Virus record (IMG/VR): IMGVR_UViG_3300025288_000045 | Location: 1-39,548 of that record | DNA: 39,548 bases | Origin: a virus | Lineage: Duplodnaviria; Caudoviricetes | Strand: one strand, 5' to 3' | In this document: in pieces, positions 1-8,965 of the stretch | How the letters are laid out: each line of letters begins with the position of its first letter | Numbering within the stretch: the first letter of the stretch is position 1 | Made by a program: the position numbers and the translations under genes | Notes under the pieces: model-generated | The model's database searches: none | What the model was told of the DNA's origin: nothing | The model's input: the letters and a program-made list of their open reading frames with translations, nothing else

Positions 1-188
1 TATAGTTCATACTCAGCCTCTGAGTAATAGGGCCAAAGCCTACGCCTAAACACTATATCCATATCATAGAAGCGATTAGAGTCCTCATCTATAAACCCTA
101 TGTGGTATGCTGGACACCCGGTAAAGAAGGTAGTTAGTTTACCTAAAGTGTTATCTTTACTAAGTATAATAACTATCTTTACCGACAT
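1..188 (-). CDS. Partial hypothetical protein running off the window edge; possibly permuted papain-like (NlpC/P60-type)
   Basis: ATG at 188 opens a frame to the edge: MSVKIVIILSKDNTLGKLTTFFTGCPAYHIGF...; the family call rests only on the His-containing N-terminal motif and is weak. Confidence 0.5.
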   Translation of the reverse strand, partial: MSVKIVIILSKDNTLGKLTTFFTGCPAYHIGFIDEDSNRFYDMDIVFRRRLWPYYSEAEYEL

Positions 189-195
189 GGCTATA

Positions 196-540
196 TCATT
201 CCTTAGGTGAGGTGGGGTACTTGGATTTTAACCAGATGCTAGCAAATTCTGCTAATCCCAGCATACCCCCATACGCTATAGCATCCTCTACTCCAGCAGT
301 TCCCCTAGCAGCCTCATCTACGAACCACCAAGTTAGAGTCAGGATAGCTAATACTACTCCTATACGTTTAGTATCTGCCTCTTTAGTAATAGGGTCGACT
401 AAGCAGTCGTATATGTTAAAAGAAACATCTGGATCTTTATGGGCGTTGTACATAAGTACCCACATGACTCCTAGTATAAATAGGAAAGGTATATAACTAG
501 CTATGTTAATGTAGTTAAACAGTGCTGTTAATAACTCCAC
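196..540 (-). CDS. Putative holin / small membrane protein
   Basis: 114 aa with 2-3 hydrophobic segments and a basic C-tail (KSKYPTSPKE), directly downstream of the endolysin. Confidence 0.55.
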   Translation of the reverse strand: MELLTALFNYINIASYIPFLFILGVMWVLMYNAHKDPDVSFNIYDCLVDPITKEADTKRIGVVLAILTLTWWFVDEAARGTAGVEDAIAYGGMLGLAEFASIWLKSKYPTSPKE

Positions 541-542
541 GG

Positions 543-1088
543 TTAGGCCTCTTTAAGTAGAGTTCCTGCTTCTGCAAATACTATACCACTAGGGATATTA
601 TGTTCTCTCAGCTTAGCTATAGTCCAACCCATGCGATCCTGGAAGTGAGGTTTATCAGAGATACTGGTGAAGTTGCCTCCCCACTCTAATCCACATTCAT
701 CAGCTAAAGAACCTACCTGGTCCCAGTCTGTAATACTGTCTTCATTAGTATCTGCACCGTTATCCCATACCCAAGTTTTACCGTCAGAGTCTATGATGAC
801 TATATCAAAAGCCATACCATAACCGTGGAAAGAGGTAGCTACACTCTTCGCTTTAGTTACTATACGATTCTCTTTTTCTGTAATGTAATAGAGTCCAGCA
901 GCCTTCATAGCTGCATTTACTTCTGCCAGTTCAAACCTACCTTTGCACCAGTATGCATACTGGACTGCTTCGGTACGTAAGGCTTGGGTCATACCTATAC
1001 GAATACCAAACCTCTCCATAGCTAGAAACTTTAGTTTTAGATATTTGGATTTAAGGAGGGGGTGCAGGGTATCTATTTTCTTGGTCAC
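543..1088 (-). CDS. Endolysin, M15 family L-Ala-D-Glu-type peptidase
   Basis: Motifs R-T-x3-Q, SFHGYGMAFD (SxHxxGxAxD), LEWGG and DKPHFQ. Confidence 0.9.
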   Translation of the reverse strand: MTKKIDTLHPLLKSKYLKLKFLAMERFGIRIGMTQALRTEAVQYAYWCKGRFELAEVNAAMKAAGLYYITEKENRIVTKAKSVATSFHGYGMAFDIVIIDSDGKTWVWDNGADTNEDSITDWDQVGSLADECGLEWGGNFTSISDKPHFQDRMGWTIAKLREHNIPSGIVFAEAGTLLKEA

Positions 1089-2137
1089 AGTCTTGCCTCC
1101 AGCAATCCAGTAAACCTAACGTTATTAGAAACGGTCCAGTTGTCATCCGGGTTATATATCCCCGTTCCGTCAGCGGTGCTGTAAATTACAGCAGGTGTGC
1201 CATTCACCCCCGATGTACCTGCGAAAGTAGAACCGCCCGCTAATGTCGGCGCAGCACGCATTTGGAATTCAAGATTGGACGATGAGGTGAACCCTGAGGT
1301 AATTGCTTGTCCAATACTATGTAGCGTGTATTGGCGTGCGTATCGCTTACACCTACGTAAATCCTCCTCAAAAGTAGCATCATCAACTGCAACTACGGTG
1401 CCTGGGTTAAGAGTCACGTCTTCAAGAGCGAACACGTTACCTATATTAGCGAAATCGTTGACCTGGTTTGCAGTACACATATTTGGAAAAGCGTTCCAGG
1501 TATTATCTACACCACTATTTTTATCGCTACCCATAGCATTAATAAAGAATAGCGTTAATCCGATACCATTTGTGGAACTAGATACTTGAGATGTACCCCC
1601 CGTAACAGTAATAGACTTATACTCCCAAGTATCCATTAAATTAATGGTGTACTCTTTTATGAAGTAAGTAGAGCCATTATATATCGCCAAGCAGTGTATA
1701 CCGGGTACAGAGGACTTAACATTAAACCCTACAGTGAAAGTATTATCTATATACTTCACGCACTCATATCCTTCAATATGGGTCGCTTGGATAACATAGT
1801 CAGCAGCAGCTGGGGAAGCTAAGGCTGCTGTTACTGTAACAGTTCTACATAACTTACCGGTATAACTACCGACAGACTGAGCTATAGTAGCAGTAGAACC
1901 CGCTGCGATATACTGGAATATCCAACCATCCAAATCATATGAGCTATCTACTGGGGATACAAAACTAGTCCCCGTTTGTGCTACCCTGAACTGACCATTG
2001 AGAATGTCGTTCTTTATTCCAGGGGTAGTTATGACTTGTACTGAGGGGTTACCGCTTTCATCCACAGTAACCTGATTACCACTATTGGATACTTTAAATA
2101 ATCGTGAAAGCTTGGCTATTGAATAACTATTACTCAT
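1085..2137 (-). CDS. Tail fibre / receptor-binding-like virion protein
   Basis: KNDILNGQFRVAQ...DLRRCKRY...LEARL architecture, paralogous to 7163..8512. Confidence 0.65.
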   Translation of the reverse strand: MSNSYSIAKLSRLFKVSNSGNQVTVDESGNPSVQVITTPGIKNDILNGQFRVAQTGTSFVSPVDSSYDLDGWIFQYIAAGSTATIAQSVGSYTGKLCRTVTVTAALASPAAADYVIQATHIEGYECVKYIDNTFTVGFNVKSSVPGIHCLAIYNGSTYFIKEYTINLMDTWEYKSITVTGGTSQVSSSTNGIGLTLFFINAMGSDKNSGVDNTWNAFPNMCTANQVNDFANIGNVFALEDVTLNPGTVVAVDDATFEEDLRRCKRYARQYTLHSIGQAITSGFTSSSNLEFQMRAAPTLAGGSTFAGTSGVNGTPAVIYSTADGTGIYNPDDNWTVSNNVRFTGLLEARL

Positions 2138-2281
2138 TGTGTTACTCCTGTGTTAGTAGTATTGCATATGCAAAACTAACGTGTTATTGATTATGACTAA
2201 TAAGTAGGGCATCTCACTTAAGTCGATAATTAAGGTTTACAGTAGTAGTTTAACTCTATGTTGAAACCCCATGATAGTTCC

Positions 2282-2797
2282 TTATTTATAGAAATGTTGA
2301 AATCTAAAAGGGGTGAATACAAACTGCCCGAGGGTGTCGTGATGGTATCCTTTGGCAATAGAAACCAGTCGCCATCCAAAGCCCCCTGTGATGCAGAACT
2401 CACCGAACCATGTCAGGGGCATAAGGTACGCAAAATGAAAGTATTTATCAGTGGTTATCAGATACCAGCCGCCCACGCCCTTTGCGCCATCTCTGATATA
2501 GAGATTGCCTCGCACCTTTACAGGAGTCGTCTCTGACACATTAGCTTGTAGGAGCTGGTCAAAGCCCTGTGCAGGGTTGCGGTTCATGTAAGTCAGGGCG
2601 AGCATATAGTCGCTGTAGTCTGGATGCTCCGCTTTCCACGGCGCGTCTCCGATAGCAAGGTTATCGGAGGGTTGAAACCACTTGAGCCAACGCGGGAGAT
2701 TGCCATCAGGTCGGACGAACAAAGCAAACAGCCAGTTGAGCAGATAGGCTGTCAGCGTGATTAGGACAGAGGCTAGGGCTTTGAGGGGATAGGTCAT
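2282..2797 (-). CDS. Hypothetical phage protein with N-terminal hydrophobic segment
   Basis: 171-aa ORF coupled by an ATGA overlap to the upstream chaperone-like gene; RNPAQGF motif. Confidence 0.6.
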   Translation of the reverse strand: MTYPLKALASVLITLTAYLLNWLFALFVRPDGNLPRWLKWFQPSDNLAIGDAPWKAEHPDYSDYMLALTYMNRNPAQGFDQLLQANVSETTPVKVRGNLYIRDGAKGVGGWYLITTDKYFHFAYLMPLTWFGEFCITGGFGWRLVSIAKGYHHDTLGQFVFTPFRFQHFYK

Positions 2798-3096
2798 GCA
2801 AGCGCCTTCACCAGCTCTGCACGTTCTGTCGCAATCTGCGCCTCTAATGCTGCCAGCCTATCGGTCGGGCCGCCCAGTAAGACTTCCCGCACCGCTCTGG
2901 ACTGTGATTGCTCAAGTGCATTTATGCGCCCTTTGATAGCTGCGATGGCGGCTTCTTTCACCTGCTCCGGCGTAGGCGCGCGCAATGCGTCCTCCTCGGC
3001 TTGCGTTATCAAAACGCAACCTACGGGGAGTAGATGCAAAGCCGCCCCATCCATGTCGTCGTGGATTTGACCGTTGCTGTCTTTATGTAGTGCCAT
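2794..3096 (-). CDS. Putative tail fibre assembly protein / chaperone
   Basis: Small ORF directly after a fibre gene; C-terminal amphipathic helix (RAVRE...LEAQIATERAEL). Confidence 0.6.
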   Translation of the reverse strand: MALHKDSNGQIHDDMDGAALHLLPVGCVLITQAEEDALRAPTPEQVKEAAIAAIKGRINALEQSQSRAVREVLLGGPTDRLAALEAQIATERAELVKALA

Positions 3097-3107
3097 TATT
3101 TTTTCCT

Positions 3108-3746
3108 TTAACGAAGTTCGGTTGAAACACCACTTGCTACTGAAGTTTCTGTAAGCAAATAAGATGCATTATTTGGTATTAGACAGTTTCCAACAATCTG
3201 CGGGGTTGCGGCATTCCCGGAACTATGTCTAGCAAAATCGAAAGGTGTTCCTCTGTTGATGGAAATAGTAACCCGAATGGTAGCTCCTGAACCATCGAAT
3301 GACTTTCGCAAAATGATAGGCTTACCCGTTGTGTTGTAATAAGTTGTTCCAGCAACCCTTGTAACGGCCTGCCAAGTTTGCCCGTAATGTCCGCCTGCCA
3401 ATGCATTGTTTGCTGTAGTATTAGCAGTCTCTGCTGTCTTCGGGTCAATCGCTCTTTGATAGTTCCTCACCTCGCAAGTGGTAGAGGTGAGCATGTACGC
3501 CTCGAAGGTGTCCCCTGCCGCTGTGGGGATAGTAGCTCCACCTTGCAGGATAGTCAGCCCTGCACTGTGTGCCAAGGGACCAGCACCATCAGTGGTTATT
3601 TCATAAGTTACTCCTACAATCCCAGTAAATGAATCTATCTGAGCCGTACCAGTAAGCAAGATCTTAGTAGCTTCACCAAGAGCGACTGTTGAAGCTCTAG
3701 CAATAGATACTTGTGTTGCTTGTACTGCTGCATTAACTATTCCCAT
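3108..3746 (-). CDS. Short tail fibre / receptor-binding protein
   Basis: GQTWQ...TTYYNTTGKPI tip motif ending ELR; shares a ~200-bp repeat with 8966..9760. Confidence 0.75.
   Translation of the reverse strand: MGIVNAAVQATQVSIARASTVALGEATKILLTGTAQIDSFTGIVGVTYEITTDGAGPLAHSAGLTILQGGATIPTAAGDTFEAYMLTSTTCEVRNYQRAIDPKTAETANTTANNALAGGHYGQTWQAVTRVAGTTYYNTTGKPIILRKSFDGSGATIRVTISINRGTPFDFARHSSGNAATPQIVGNCLIPNNASYLLTETSVASGVSTELR
3368..3563. repeat. Direct repeat copy 1 (partner 9223..9439)
   Basis: Near-identical DNA including a 64-bp perfect match (3500-3563 = 9376-9439); copy 2 has a 21-bp insertion. Confidence 0.95.
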
Positions 3747-3774
3747 TTTATGTCCTTATTTATATTGGTATATA

Positions 3775-4278
3775 TTACCATGTGATAGCATGAACTTCAT
3801 CAATAGTTGTAGCAGCTATAACTTGTGCTGTTAATTTTTGACGTTTACCAACTGCTGCTCCTGATAGATTATTATAAGCAGCAGCCTTTAACAAAACAGA
3901 TTCAGCAAGTGCAGCAACAGTAAGTCCGGATGTTAATGAGATTGCAGTTAGCATCGGTGTGGGAGTAGAGTTATTTGTAGTAAATGCTTGTGCTTCATTA
4001 TACTGATTAGGCCATGTCAAAGTCTCTTGTGTTGGATAGGGGTTAACTATCATAGCTAGGTCATGTTGACAACTATTATTAATCTCAATAATTTTATCAG
4101 CTTTTGTTTCTTCTAATGACTTTCCTGACTGTACTACTACTACCCAAGCTCCATTCTGGAAGAAGCATCCTTCCGTAGAAGCATTAAACATAGGAGGTGC
4201 GATAGGCGTAGTCTGCATCCAGCTTGCAGGGTTATCAGTGTTAATTAATTCTCCGGTGTGTGGACTATATGCGTACAT
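3775..4278 (-). CDS. Putative tail fibre assembly protein
   Basis: Follows the Mtd-like gene; ETLTWPNQYNEA...PTPML...VHAITW resembles tail fibre chaperones. Confidence 0.7.
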   Translation of the reverse strand: MYAYSPHTGELINTDNPASWMQTTPIAPPMFNASTEGCFFQNGAWVVVVQSGKSLEETKADKIIEINNSCQHDLAMIVNPYPTQETLTWPNQYNEAQAFTTNNSTPTPMLTAISLTSGLTVAALAESVLLKAAAYNNLSGAAVGKRQKLTAQVIAATTIDEVHAITW

Positions 4279-4287
4279 GTTATCTCC

Positions 4288-5499
4288 TTAAATAGCCTGT
4301 AAGTGGTCACAGGCGGCACGCAACCCAGTGCTCCAGACCGAGGACCACGGGGAGTAGAACCAAAGGGAAGCCCGCGAACCGGAGTGCGCGCCGCACGCGC
4401 GCGAGCCGCCCAGGATGACGCGCACAAGGCCATATGTGCCTAAGGTATAGATAGAGCCTCGCTGACTACCCGCAGCACCTGTATTGCCGGTCACTGTCTT
4501 GTAGCTACCCGCGCCAGATGCGTCCTGGTGTGCACTAGAATCCTGCCCCCACGTCCATTGATGGCCTGACGCCTGCTCAATGCCGTACTTGCTGGTGTAG
4601 CCTGCATTGCGTTGCGTGGTCGGGTAGGTTGAAGCGGTGGCATCGATGGACTGGTTCTCGGTCACGCCAAAGAACGCTGTGGCAGCTTCTTCTTCAAACA
4701 TCAGGCGCTTCTGCTTCGCGCGCGCCAGCTCGTTCGCCACCCACCAGTTCAGCGATGGGTAGGTGGTTGTGCCATTCCCCCCGAATGCGGTTGGAATCTT
4801 TGGCAGTACCGTTCCGCTGGCGATGTTCGTGTTGTACTTGCTGGTGCCGTTGGTGTCGGTATCGGTGCTGGCAAGGTAGATGTCCACCCACACCTCTCCA
4901 TCCACCAACACCATTCCGCGCGGGTCGGATGCCGCTGGGCGGAACTTCAAGTCCCAGATGCTCCATGCGTTGATACCAGCAATCTTATCTACATCAGCTT
5001 GAGTCCAGATCATGCCATTGCCTGTTGTGGCAAAACCACCACTAGCAACCGTTGTACCTGCAGCTACAAGACCGTGATGGAAGCCTCCGATCTTGCGCCA
5101 ATTGCCTGCGGCGGGTGCGCTTATAAAGTCCGTTGTAGCCTGAATCGTTGCATCGTCCTTCACCCAGATTGCGTAGTCCGTTCCACCAACAAGGGCAGGC
5201 ATAGTGATAGCTGTATCAGATGAGAATGTAACCATAGTTTCAGCCACACTAATCCTAGTACCTGCCTTTATTGAAAGTGCTCCCGCAGATACCTTAGTGA
5301 AGATAGGGGTTAATGAGTCAACTTTTAAAATTGAATTGTAACTAGAATTGTTTAACTGGCCCAGATTAACAATATGTCCAGACGATGTTGCATCTGGAAC
5401 CAATACCCCAGTTGAATCAGCTATTAGTTTATCAACTCCGCCAAATTGGATAGAGCCTGATAAACCATCTGCTGCTGTTTTTAATGATATGTTTGACAC
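4288..5499 (-). CDS. Mtd-like (major tropism determinant) receptor-binding protein with C-type lectin/FGE-type C-terminal domain
   Basis: GGFHHG, WSIWDLKFRP, DPRGM, WVDIYL, and a C-terminal GG-x7-SGSRA-x2-W...GLRAACDHL closely resembling the Bordetella phage BPP-1 Mtd C-terminus. Confidence 0.85.
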   Translation of the reverse strand: MSNISLKTAADGLSGSIQFGGVDKLIADSTGVLVPDATSSGHIVNLGQLNNSSYNSILKVDSLTPIFTKVSAGALSIKAGTRISVAETMVTFSSDTAITMPALVGGTDYAIWVKDDATIQATTDFISAPAAGNWRKIGGFHHGLVAAGTTVASGGFATTGNGMIWTQADVDKIAGINAWSIWDLKFRPAASDPRGMVLVDGEVWVDIYLASTDTDTNGTSKYNTNIASGTVLPKIPTAFGGNGTTTYPSLNWWVANELARAKQKRLMFEEEAATAFFGVTENQSIDATASTYPTTQRNAGYTSKYGIEQASGHQWTWGQDSSAHQDASGAGSYKTVTGNTGAAGSQRGSIYTLGTYGLVRVILGGSRACGAHSGSRASLWFYSPWSSVWSTGLRAACDHLQAI

Positions 5500-5515
5500 A
5501 TTAATTCCTTATTAG

Positions 5516-5878
5516 TTATACACTGTTACTATCAACAGCTAGTATCCCCGCTATGAGCCCATACCAAATAGGTGCAATAAGGGATAAGGTTATAGCAATA
5601 CTATATCCCGCCAGAAGGTGTGTCTTCTTGTCTCTTGGAATACTCACCACACAACCCCCTCTACTTCCGCTACTAACAAGTTTACCAGCTCCAGTAGCTG
5701 TCACTTTACATACTAATCCAGGTTCTCCAGTGAAGGTACTGACATCAACACTTGTATCAGTAAGAGTTACACGAGAGTTATTCCCTAGCCCTGTAGTGGC
5801 AGCTCTGGTAATACTAACAGTTGGACTAAATATACCTGGGGTATCTAATCCTTTAGTTCTATTTATTTTTACACTCAT
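5516..5878 (-). pseudogene. Probable decayed/truncated tail fibre paralog
   Basis: Residues ~21-70 align by eye with 3108..3746 and 8966..9760 (VSI-RA-T...FTG--G...GAG); similarity is then lost and the tip domain is missing. Confidence 0.5.
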
Positions 5879-5887
5879 ATCATTTCC

Positions 5888-6634
5888 TTAAACAATTGTC
5901 CAGACAGAGCCAGCAGACACTGTGACTATAGCACCAGCAGCAACCTCTATCGGTCCCGCACTCATAGCATTCTTGCCAGTAGTAATTGTATAGTTATCTG
6001 TAACAATTTTATCGTTCTCATAGAACACCCTATCGTTACCACCTCCAGTAGCTCCTCCACTAGAGCCTGCTGAAACTACGTCTATACCATTACAGTACAA
6101 ACTATTACTAGTGCCCTGGGGTATCGTTACACCTAGCCCGGCCGAGGTTTTAATAGTAAGACTATAAGACCCTGTAGTAAGATTCCTTACCGGCATGGTT
6201 CTAATTACTGAAGGTACTATGACGTTAATGTTAGCCGATAGGACCCCAACGAATTCATACGCAGAGTTAGCAGCCTCATTAGCCGTTAAGGTTACATTGG
6301 CTCCACCTGTTACAGACTTAGTCAGTAGAGTCTCTACCATTTTAACAGGGGTTACAGAAGCATCAGGAATAGATACGCTAGAACCAGACACTCCTAAGTA
6401 TTTAACAAATACCGTCAAGCCGTCTGGTAGCTCAGGGCTAAACACTAAAGTCTGACCTACTAGGGTGAAATCCAAATTAGGACGTTGTACTGCCCCACCT
6501 ACAGATACGTCTATGGCCTGAGCCAGTCCCGGATTATAACTGAGTGGGTATCCGGCAGCATACGTAACCGCATCTGAAGTAAAACTATCAGTCAGGTATT
6601 GTTCAAATTGTGGTGACTTACCGTAATACATCAA
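5888..6634 (-). CDS. Tail fibre proximal/adaptor protein
   Basis: N-terminal VGGAVQRP-DFT...LVFS repeat; C-terminal FYENDK-VT-NYTI...NAMSAGPI...GSVWTIV module typical of phage tail proteins. Confidence 0.7.
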   Translation of the reverse strand: MMYYGKSPQFEQYLTDSFTSDAVTYAAGYPLSYNPGLAQAIDVSVGGAVQRPNLDFTLVGQTLVFSPELPDGLTVFVKYLGVSGSSVSIPDASVTPVKMVETLLTKSVTGGANVTLTANEAANSAYEFVGVLSANINVIVPSVIRTMPVRNLTTGSYSLTIKTSAGLGVTIPQGTSNSLYCNGIDVVSAGSSGGATGGGNDRVFYENDKIVTDNYTITTGKNAMSAGPIEVAAGAIVTVSAGSVWTIV

Positions 6635-6646
6635 TGCTCCTTAGTC

Positions 6647-7138
6647 TTAATAGCTGATGGCGTTTACTTTAGCTATCGTGCTTGTAGTGGATTTATCTAT
6701 TTTAACCATCGCAGCTTGTTTACGAGCTAGTGCCGTTTGAAATGCTGCAGCTACTGATAGTATAACAAGTTGTGCATCAGCAAGCAAGAGCACTTGAGGG
6801 CTATTGGTAGAGTCGAAGAATGTAACTTTGGTCAACCCAGCTGCCTCAGCCAAACGCTTAGCTGAATCAAGCTTGATTGCTGAATCGAAGCCACCTTGAT
6901 ATGTTACCGTACCCACTAGTACATCTGCACCTGCGTCTAGTTCATATGCTGTGCGGACTTCGGTGCGCTTAGCCTCTTTAGCGTTAGCCAGGAGTTTAGC
7001 AGCTGTGAATTCAGGCTCTGGAGTGTTACCGGCAGCTACCCAGTCCAGGTATTCGCGGTAGTCACGGTTACCCTCTGCGAAGGGGATTGAAGCTCCGTCT
7101 GAGAGGCGGGTTACTGAGTTTTGTAAAAGTTTATACAT
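6647..7138 (-). CDS. Tail fibre assembly-like protein
   Basis: IP--EGNRDY-EYL-W---GNTP N-terminal motif plus a DUF4376-like C-terminus; follows a fibre gene. Confidence 0.65.
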   Translation of the reverse strand: MYKLLQNSVTRLSDGASIPFAEGNRDYREYLDWVAAGNTPEPEFTAAKLLANAKEAKRTEVRTAYELDAGADVLVGTVTYQGGFDSAIKLDSAKRLAEAAGLTKVTFFDSTNSPQVLLLADAQLVILSVAAAFQTALARKQAAMVKIDKSTTSTIAKVNAISY

Positions 7139-7162
7139 GTTTAATTAGTCCTTGTTTTTGTA

Positions 7163-8512
7163 TTAGAGTTCTGCATCGGCAAACCAGTAGAACCTGTATC
7201 CATATAGTCCAGTAGCAATATGGCTTGTAGTAAATCCTTCAGTGGTTGCAAACATGGATATGGCGGTAGGGGTTATATTATCAGTACTAGAAGTGTTTCT
7301 CATCTCTGTTATCTTATTTACGTTTCCAGCTGCGTCTGTAAATGATATAGTAGATATAACCCTTTTAGCTACAGAATAGTTACTAATACTCCTAATATAG
7401 TTGTTAGTAGCTGTACCAAATTCATAGTATGTGTGCCCTGTTTCGTAATACCTCTGGCACAACTCCAGCTCAGTCCCAATAGGGCGTTGTTCAAACGGGG
7501 TTGCCAACGAACCCTCTTCCAGTTGAACCTGAGCAATGGAAATAACTTTAGAAGACTGCCCTATAGCTCCTGACCTACTATCATAAGTAGACCCCGCATC
7601 TAACCAGATGGTCAGACCGGTATAGCTAGAAGTGCCTATAGTTTTACCGGATATATCAGGCACTGTTATAGTTTTTGTGTATTTAGTCCAGGTGGTAGAT
7701 AGTACTTGGGCTTGTCCTACTCCTAAAGTAGAAGCAGATCCCCCACTACCAAAATTCTGGGAAATCTCTATACCTATAGAAGGGGAACCTACGGCAGCTT
7801 TAGCCCAGAAAGATAGTGTTACTGCCTTACCTGCTAATGAACTAACTCCTTCAAGTCTCTGACCGAAATTACATAGATTCCCTGCTCCAGCTACGGAGTT
7901 TACTGTTATCTCAGTGTAGTACTGAGCCCCCCCAGAGCTAAATAAAGCATCACTTGATGTGAGGGTACCTTGTGCGGCGGAGAAAGTAGTTCCCTCCACA
8001 CCTACTAACCATCTATCTGCAGGTCCGTACACTCCACTAGTAGTAACCGGGGTAGTACCCCTCTGCCAGATATCGAAGTTACCATTTATAATCTTATTTC
8101 TAAACCCGAACAACTGAGAGCCGTTCACGGCTTGGGTCTGGCTAGTAGCAGCTGCAACAATAGTCTTCCCGGTAGTAACATCTACAGAGTGAGTCTTAAC
8201 CCAAGTAGGTACTACCCCGGCCGTAGCAGGAGCTGCATACCAGTATTCCTTAAGTGCTCCTGTATCGGTCCACTTTTCCAACCAGCATTCACCGGTTGTA
8301 TCACGTCCAGCCCAAATTCCCGTAGTAGTATTAACTGCTACGTTAAAGGATTTACCAATTTCAATAGTTCCAACGGTAGCTGCATTAGTAACATCAGCGT
8401 ATTCCCTGACCTGGGCACAGCCAGCAGGAGTTAAGGTACGTAGTAAACCTGGACTCTCTTGGTTTATTGGAGTCCCATTATCCTTAAGCATTGCGTATGG
8501 TAATTTGTTCAT
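7163..8512 (-). CDS. Tail fibre / receptor-binding protein with carbohydrate-binding-like module
   Basis: FRNKIINGNFDIWQRG...ADRW...VQLEEGSLATPFEQRP--ELELCQRYY...ADAEL. Confidence 0.8.
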   Translation of the reverse strand: MNKLPYAMLKDNGTPINQESPGLLRTLTPAGCAQVREYADVTNAATVGTIEIGKSFNVAVNTTTGIWAGRDTTGECWLEKWTDTGALKEYWYAAPATAGVVPTWVKTHSVDVTTGKTIVAAATSQTQAVNGSQLFGFRNKIINGNFDIWQRGTTPVTTSGVYGPADRWLVGVEGTTFSAAQGTLTSSDALFSSGGAQYYTEITVNSVAGAGNLCNFGQRLEGVSSLAGKAVTLSFWAKAAVGSPSIGIEISQNFGSGGSASTLGVGQAQVLSTTWTKYTKTITVPDISGKTIGTSSYTGLTIWLDAGSTYDSRSGAIGQSSKVISIAQVQLEEGSLATPFEQRPIGTELELCQRYYETGHTYYEFGTATNNYIRSISNYSVAKRVISTISFTDAAGNVNKITEMRNTSSTDNITPTAISMFATTEGFTTSHIATGLYGYRFYWFADAEL

Positions 8513-8661
8513 GGCTTTATTTTAGTTGAAGTTGAACTTCATTTGGTTATATGTTCAGGTAAAGCGGTTGTTATTTAGTGTACCATTTATATCCGCTCAC
8601 ACCTCAGGTTCTTTGTCCTTTATCAACTTGAAATGCATCACCGAGGGGTGGGGTAGGTAGG

Positions 8662-8955
8662 TCATGGCTTCGGATACTTCGCCTTGACAGCGAGACAAGC
8701 ATCTATATAAGCCTGCTGCGCTGCTGTATCTCCTTTAACAACTGCATCTAGGTAGTCAGCCATCGGCGGGTATTCTGCGAGACGTTTGTCGGTATATGAC
8801 AGCCTAGCTGCTGCCTCGGCGGCCTTAAGCTCTCTGTGCGATGAAAGCTCCGCATCTGAAATAGGGATGAGTTCGGGTTTGATATAAGCGTCCTGCGAGC
8901 CGTCAGCGGCGTAGGCGTAGATTTCGTTTGTTAGTGTATTTTTATAATGTTTCAT
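8662..8955 (-). CDS. Putative tail fibre chaperone
   Basis: Small ORF after a fibre gene; Y---R--EYP...DA...VKAKYPK motif. Confidence 0.65.
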   Translation of the reverse strand: MKHYKNTLTNEIYAYAADGSQDAYIKPELIPISDAELSSHRELKAAEAAARLSYTDKRLAEYPPMADYLDAVVKGDTAAQQAYIDACLAVKAKYPKP

Positions 8956-8965
8956 GATTTTACCT

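Noticed and set aside
4288-5499. Complete DGR in this window
   Set aside because: No reverse transcriptase, Avd or template repeat is visible. The 3368/9223 repeat does not show adenine-specific differences.
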